DNA from: Octopus vulgaris
Lineage: Eukaryota
NCBI GenBank assembly: GCA_951406725.2
Contig: OX597814.1
Span: forward strand, 13,888,001-13,952,000
Length of the DNA: 64,000 nt
Direction of reading: 5' to 3'
Position 1 is the stretch's first letter. Each line of letters begins with the position of its first letter. Positions 58,750 to 64,000 of the stretch are shown piece after piece. Position numbers and translations under genes: made by a program. The notes under the pieces were generated by a model. The model saw nothing but the letters and a program-made list of their open reading frames with translations. It was not told the origin of the DNA and ran no database searches.

Positions 58750-58860
58750 TGTATATAGATAGATAGATGGACAGTTAAGACGAGCGATAGAAAGAAAGGC
58801 AGATAGATAGATAAATAAATGGATATATTAATAGATAGATAGATAGATAGATAGATAGGG

Positions 58861-58948
<88 letters not shown>

Positions 58949-58965
58949 GGATAGATAGGTAGATA
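58750..58965. repeat. (GATA)n array; another at 43688-43749
   Basis: Direct reading. Confidence 0.95.
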
Positions 58966-60285
58966 TAATCCTAAAATGTAAATCAATTAAAGTACGAATG
59001 AATATACTTTTAGTCTACATTTAGTAACAAGCATCTAAACATCAATAAAGCAACTGAAACTACTATGATCATATTAGATGTATTGTCCCTCTGTCCTGTC
59101 TATCCCGTCTTAATGGAGGCATTTTTTTGGTTTTTGGTTTAGTCTTTCTAATATACTGCATATTGAATACCATATCAAGTCATTTGTGGTTATTGTACTT
59201 TGTTTAAGAAACCAATTATCGATTGCTCTGACTTGGAAGTAATTATCTTTGTTTCCTGTTCGAGTTTTTTATCAGTTTTTTTTTTTCCGCGGGGACATTA
59301 TTATTTAAGGAAGCTCATTTTCCCCATGTTTTCTGTGAATTTTGCTTAGAAGGGATTCGTCGCCTTTTAAGATATATCGTCTTCGATTCCTGCTGAATAT
59401 TCTCCCACCCTCTTCTCTGGGAGCGTCTAGGGAAAAAGCTGGTTCGTTCTACAAAAACTCAACCATATTTTATTTTCTGCTTACTTACTGGATGGATTGC
59501 ACGTTTTCAAGTTTGCATGTTGTCAGTAGATGTGTATCTGCCAGTGCTATAATTGGTTATTGATGGTCGAATGCAGCGATTAACCAGTGTGATGTGTACT
59601 GAAAAATAACTGACCGTTTTTTCGCTTCTATTATAAATTATATATAAAGTATAAGTCTGTTCAAGTGCGTTCAGCAACGCATTCGACGCTTTATACATAA
59701 AGCGTACGTATGTCAAGATCTCTCATCGGCTTATTCGACGCTTTACTCTCAATGTTTCGCCAACACTTTAGGACTAACTGATCCATGTTCAGTCAGCGTT
59801 CACACATAGGCTTTATTTGTCTTCACAATTATTGCCACATCTTGTGTATATTGTTTGTGATTTTACTATAGCTTCAATTAAAATTCAGCCGACTGTGCTT
59901 TCCTATATTGGGGATGATAAAATAAGTTCAAATGTGTACCGGAGTCGATGTAATTGACTAGCTCCTATCACCGAAATTGATGGCCTTAAGCATTATATGG
60001 TTTGCTTCAATATTTTAGAACTTCATTTTTGGTAGACTTTCAATGAAGTTTGGTGTATAAAATAAACTAGCCTATAATAATAATTTTAACAGTTATTTTC
60101 GGTATGTTTTATGTACTCTCATATGATTTCTTAGTAGTCTTTCTTTTACGTATATAGTGTAATGAGAAATAGTAATTCTCCTAATTTCGATGGTTATAAG
60201 AGGGTAAAAAATGCACTGAATGATATAACAATTCATTAGCACATATGCCTCCAATTACAAATACTTGAAATAATTAATGATATCA

Positions 60286-60660
60286 CAATCCACCTAGGTC
60301 AACACCAAGTCTTCTGACACTGGCGAAGTACTTAATAAAGTCAATCATTAAATTAAAAGGTTCCGAGGCAATGACACATGCAACACCTAAAAGCAGAACC
60401 AATATCATAAGAAATAGCTTAAAGGATTAATAAAAATTTGATGATTTTATGTATACGATGTCTGAAATAATTTATAATAACTCAATCACCGAGGTCATCG
60501 CCAAGTCTTCTGACACTGGTGAAGTAGCTGATAAGTCAATCATTAAATCAAACAGTTTCGGGGCAATGATACATGCAGCACCAGAAGAAGAACCAATATA
60601 AGAAATAGCTTTAAATGATTAATAAAATTTGATGAATTTATGTATACGATATGTCAATAA
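60286..60660. repeat. Diverged ~197-bp tandem duplication
   Basis: caatc..aggtca..ccaagtcttctgacactgg.gaagta..gaaccaatat..agaaatagctt..ttatgtatacgat twice. Confidence 0.9.
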
Positions 60661-60749
60661 ATAAGGAAGCACACACACATGCACATAAATCCCATATATA
60701 ATATCTGCGTGTCTGTATATATTTCGGGACATATAAGTATTATAGCTGA

Positions 60750-60797
<48 letters not shown>

Positions 60798-60856
60798 AAT
60801 AATAATAACATTAGGGAATATATATATTACTTATATATTATAGTTATATTATATGT

Positions 60857-60913
<57 letters not shown>

Positions 60914-61762
60914 TGAATATATAATATACATATATGAATATATACATACATATATGTACATACCTACATATATATGTATATATACATGTAGATATGTGTA
61001 AAGGACATAAAAAAAATTTGAACACGAAGGCACGCGACTTCGTTGAAACAGTCCTTCCTGTAAAGCAAATTAAATAAAATTTGGGATTTTTTGCGGAGGG
61101 TGAAAGTGGTAACAGGAACAGGACACTGAGAACAAGACAGTATAAAATAAACGGTGTGAGCTGGTAAACCAAGACGATAGAAAAATTATTATGAACGGTA
61201 GGTGGATAAGCTTATGAGAGGAGACAAGTATAAGAACGTAAGAAAATGGGCAGAAAGATAGATTCCCTTTTGTCACGTGTCAGCAATATGAGAGACAAGG
61301 AGGAACAGTGAGAGAGAGAGGGAACCGTGAATATGGGAGAAGAAGAATAGTGAAAGGTGGGAGAGAAAATCAGAAAGGATGAAAAACAATAGTGGGAGAG
61401 AGATAGACAGAGAAAAGATAGTAGAGAGAGAAGAGTGCACATCATAATTATTAAGATGAAACTGACTTTGGAAAGGATGCATAGCGTTCGATCATATAAT
61501 AATACAAATAATATATAAATATATGCATATATACATACATATATGCACGTACCTACATGAAAAAGACATATACATGCATATATGGGTACAGGACATCAAA
61601 AATACGTTGAACACAATGAACAAGAAAATTTCAAAACAAAAATATAGAAAATGAACTTTTTTTCGAACAACGAAAAATAAAACAGAGAAATGTGTCATGC
61701 AATATAAAGATACCCCCCTATATATGTGTATGTATGTATGTATCTATGTGTGTGTGTATGTA

Positions 61763-61825
<63 letters not shown>

Positions 61826-61860
61826 GTATATATATATATATATATATGTGTATGTGTGTG

Positions 61861-61891
<31 letters not shown>

Positions 61892-61934
61892 GGAGAGAGA
61901 GAGAGAGACAAAGAGGCAGAGAGAGAAGAGAGAT

Positions 61935-62135
61935 AACCAATAAATGAAAACACGAAGAAAAACACAAGGCTAGGAAGTGAAACGAGCATATTGTTATTGG
62001 ACGGTCAGGAAAGGGAAGAAAGGAGGATTTAACGTTTCGAGCGGAACTCTTCGTCAGAAACATAGGAAAAGGAAAGATCCGTGGAAGAGAAGACGGAGTA
62101 AAAAATCGCCAACGATACTCGCGCGGTCACATATT
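61935..62135 (-). mobile_element. PLE pLTR fragment with intact-core minimal HHR
   Basis: Minus strand 62028-62060: ttt CTGACGA A GAGT-TCC-GCTC GAAAC GTT aaa. Confidence 0.78.
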
Positions 62136-62176
62136 CAATATATATATATGTATGTATGTATACATATACACACACA

Positions 62177-62239
<63 letters not shown>

Positions 62240-62296
62240 TATAACCGGTGGGCCGTGGGTCACCAATAATTCAAAGTACTGGAAAAAGAACATGTA

Positions 62297-62596
62297 CTAC
62301 GAGTTACACGAAACTTGTGTTATTCCGTTTGTATTCCCATGAGCATCCGATTCATGACACGTCCCGCTTTTGTCTCTTTCTCTTCCTCTCGGCAGACGCT
62401 CAGCTCTCCCACCATCCAATTCCTGGACTCTCCTGCTTCTGTCTCTTTCTCTTTGTACCGCCAGTCGCTCAGCCCTTACTTTATCAGTCTCATCGATTCC
62501 TCTGTTCGCATGACTGTCTCGATCTTGGGTAAATGTTTTGCGAAGAATCCGTTCATACTTCGGTGTGAAATATTTCCTTGCACAGGTTTTTTCGAG
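62297..62596 (-). pseudogene. Open frame without ATG containing two 23-aa STPR-like repeats; probable Helitron N-terminal remnant
   Basis: ETDKVRAERLAVQRERDRSRRVQ / ELDGGRAERLPRGRERDKSGTCH / ESD; 69-bp DNA period over 62345-62491. Confidence 0.6.
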
Positions 62597-62708
62597 TCAT
62601 TCAACGAAATTTCGCCACGAAACCAGCCCCAAGACACTTCCCTCCGGAAAAGAAAAGACTGGAATTGTTGTGGGGCCCTCGTAGTTTCCCAGGTAACACC
62701 GAGTTTCC

Positions 62709-63016
62709 CACCAATGGAGTTTTGTTTCGCGGTTTTTCCTTTGCCAGGTTATTTTGCATGCTTTCAATGAATGTGATAGCCCAGAAAAGGAAAGATTTGG
62801 ACGCCATTTCCTGCACGTTCTGCTTCCATGTAACAGCTATTTCGAATTCTCTATCGCAAATAATTATTACATGGCAGCAGGGCGTGCTGGAAATTGCAGC
62901 CAAGTAGTTTCTTTTCTGGAGAAAGGAGCCATTTACCTGTGATTTCGACGTCATATAATCACGCAAAATAACCTGGATCAGAAAAGAAAACCGCGAAACA
63001 AAATCCTCCAACGGTG
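62709..63016. repeat. ~300-bp imperfect palindrome (foldback)
   Basis: ggagttttgtttcgcggtttt / aaaaccgcgaaacaaaatcctcc; ccaggttattttgc / gcaaaataacctgg; ccagaaaag / cttttctgg; ccatgtaa / ttacatgg; centre about 62850. Confidence 0.9.
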
Positions 63017-63739
63017 TTTTCCAGCGGAATAACATTATTGCACACTGAGGTAGGGACGGGTCCTTTACGAAATATTTACCTACTTATTAATAAGTGAAAT
63101 ATTGTCTGTTTAAAGAATGCTGAAATATAGATAGTCACTTTAAAAACAAGTTGTATTTGAAAGTCATTTTCACATTAAAATATCTTTTAAATATGCCAAC
63201 AAAACTTTTGCAATGGTCTTTACTTGAAAATACATTTTAAGAAATAGCAATTTTTTCTGTTAAAAGAAAGTTAAAAATGAGTACTTACTGTAGAAACAAC
63301 TTTTATTTTTAAAGTTACATTCACTTAAGAATATTTCTGAATGATTGAAATATTGTGTTTATCAAAAGCGAAAATAGAAAGATTTACTGCAAAAACAACT
63401 CATACTTTTTCGTTGGCAAGCTAACATCACTAAGAGCTTTGCCCAGACCGTGAAACTTGTCTTCAAAATACAGATATTGATCATAATCGAAAGGTTAGAG
63501 ATCTTTCTCTTTCAAGGTTATGTTATTGTGGGAGTATTTTCCCATTATGTACGATTTTGAGTATTTATTAATCCACCACCATATCTTTGGAATCCTTTGT
63601 ACGATTTGCGAAAAAGTTGTTTAATTCCGTTTGAATTTACATTTCAGAAGTGTAGAACTCCTTGTATTTTATCATAATTATGCGCCAGTTTGGTTGTATT
63701 AAATGACAAAGAAGCAAGCAAGCAATCAGTTATAGGAGT

Positions 63740-63773
<34 letters not shown>

Positions 63774-64000
63774 ACACACACACACATATATATATATATA
63801 TATTATATTAAATTAGTGATAAAACCACTATTGGGCAAATCAAACAATGAAAAACTTAAGCCAATACATATAATTAATTAATTTATATTATTTTAAATAT
63901 ATATCAAAAGTATTAAAAGTTTAATAAAAGATAATGAGTAAAACACTACGATCGTTTCATAGCTGTCCAATTCGTAATAATTCGAGTTACGGTTACAGTC

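Overview
AT-rich, microsatellite-dense eukaryotic non-coding DNA. The repeat landscape (two tRNA-derived SINE families, (TA)n/(CA)n/(GATA)n arrays, Penelope-like and CR1-group fragments) looks like an Octopus/coleoid intron or intergenic region; this is inference from pattern recognition, not a database hit. I found no credible host exon, and most listed ORFs are microsatellite artefacts. Recognisable content is decayed mobile DNA: three Penelope-like (PLE) coding remnants, a Chapaev3-like DNA transposon with TIRs and TSD, mariner and hAT elements or MITEs, CR1-group LINE 3' ends, a Helentron-like element and an STPR-repeat remnant beside a 300-bp palindrome. The most striking signal is about a dozen type I hammerhead-ribozyme (HHR) motifs in short non-coding modules that mostly sit inside (TA)n tracts. 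Three of these modules fold back as long inverted repeats. Two motifs have complete cores and all three stems (3458-3518; 29118-29207, with an antisense twin at 28716-28806); a third (62028-62060) has an intact core with minimal stems, and the others have variant cores. Coordinates were read by eye and may be off by a few bases.
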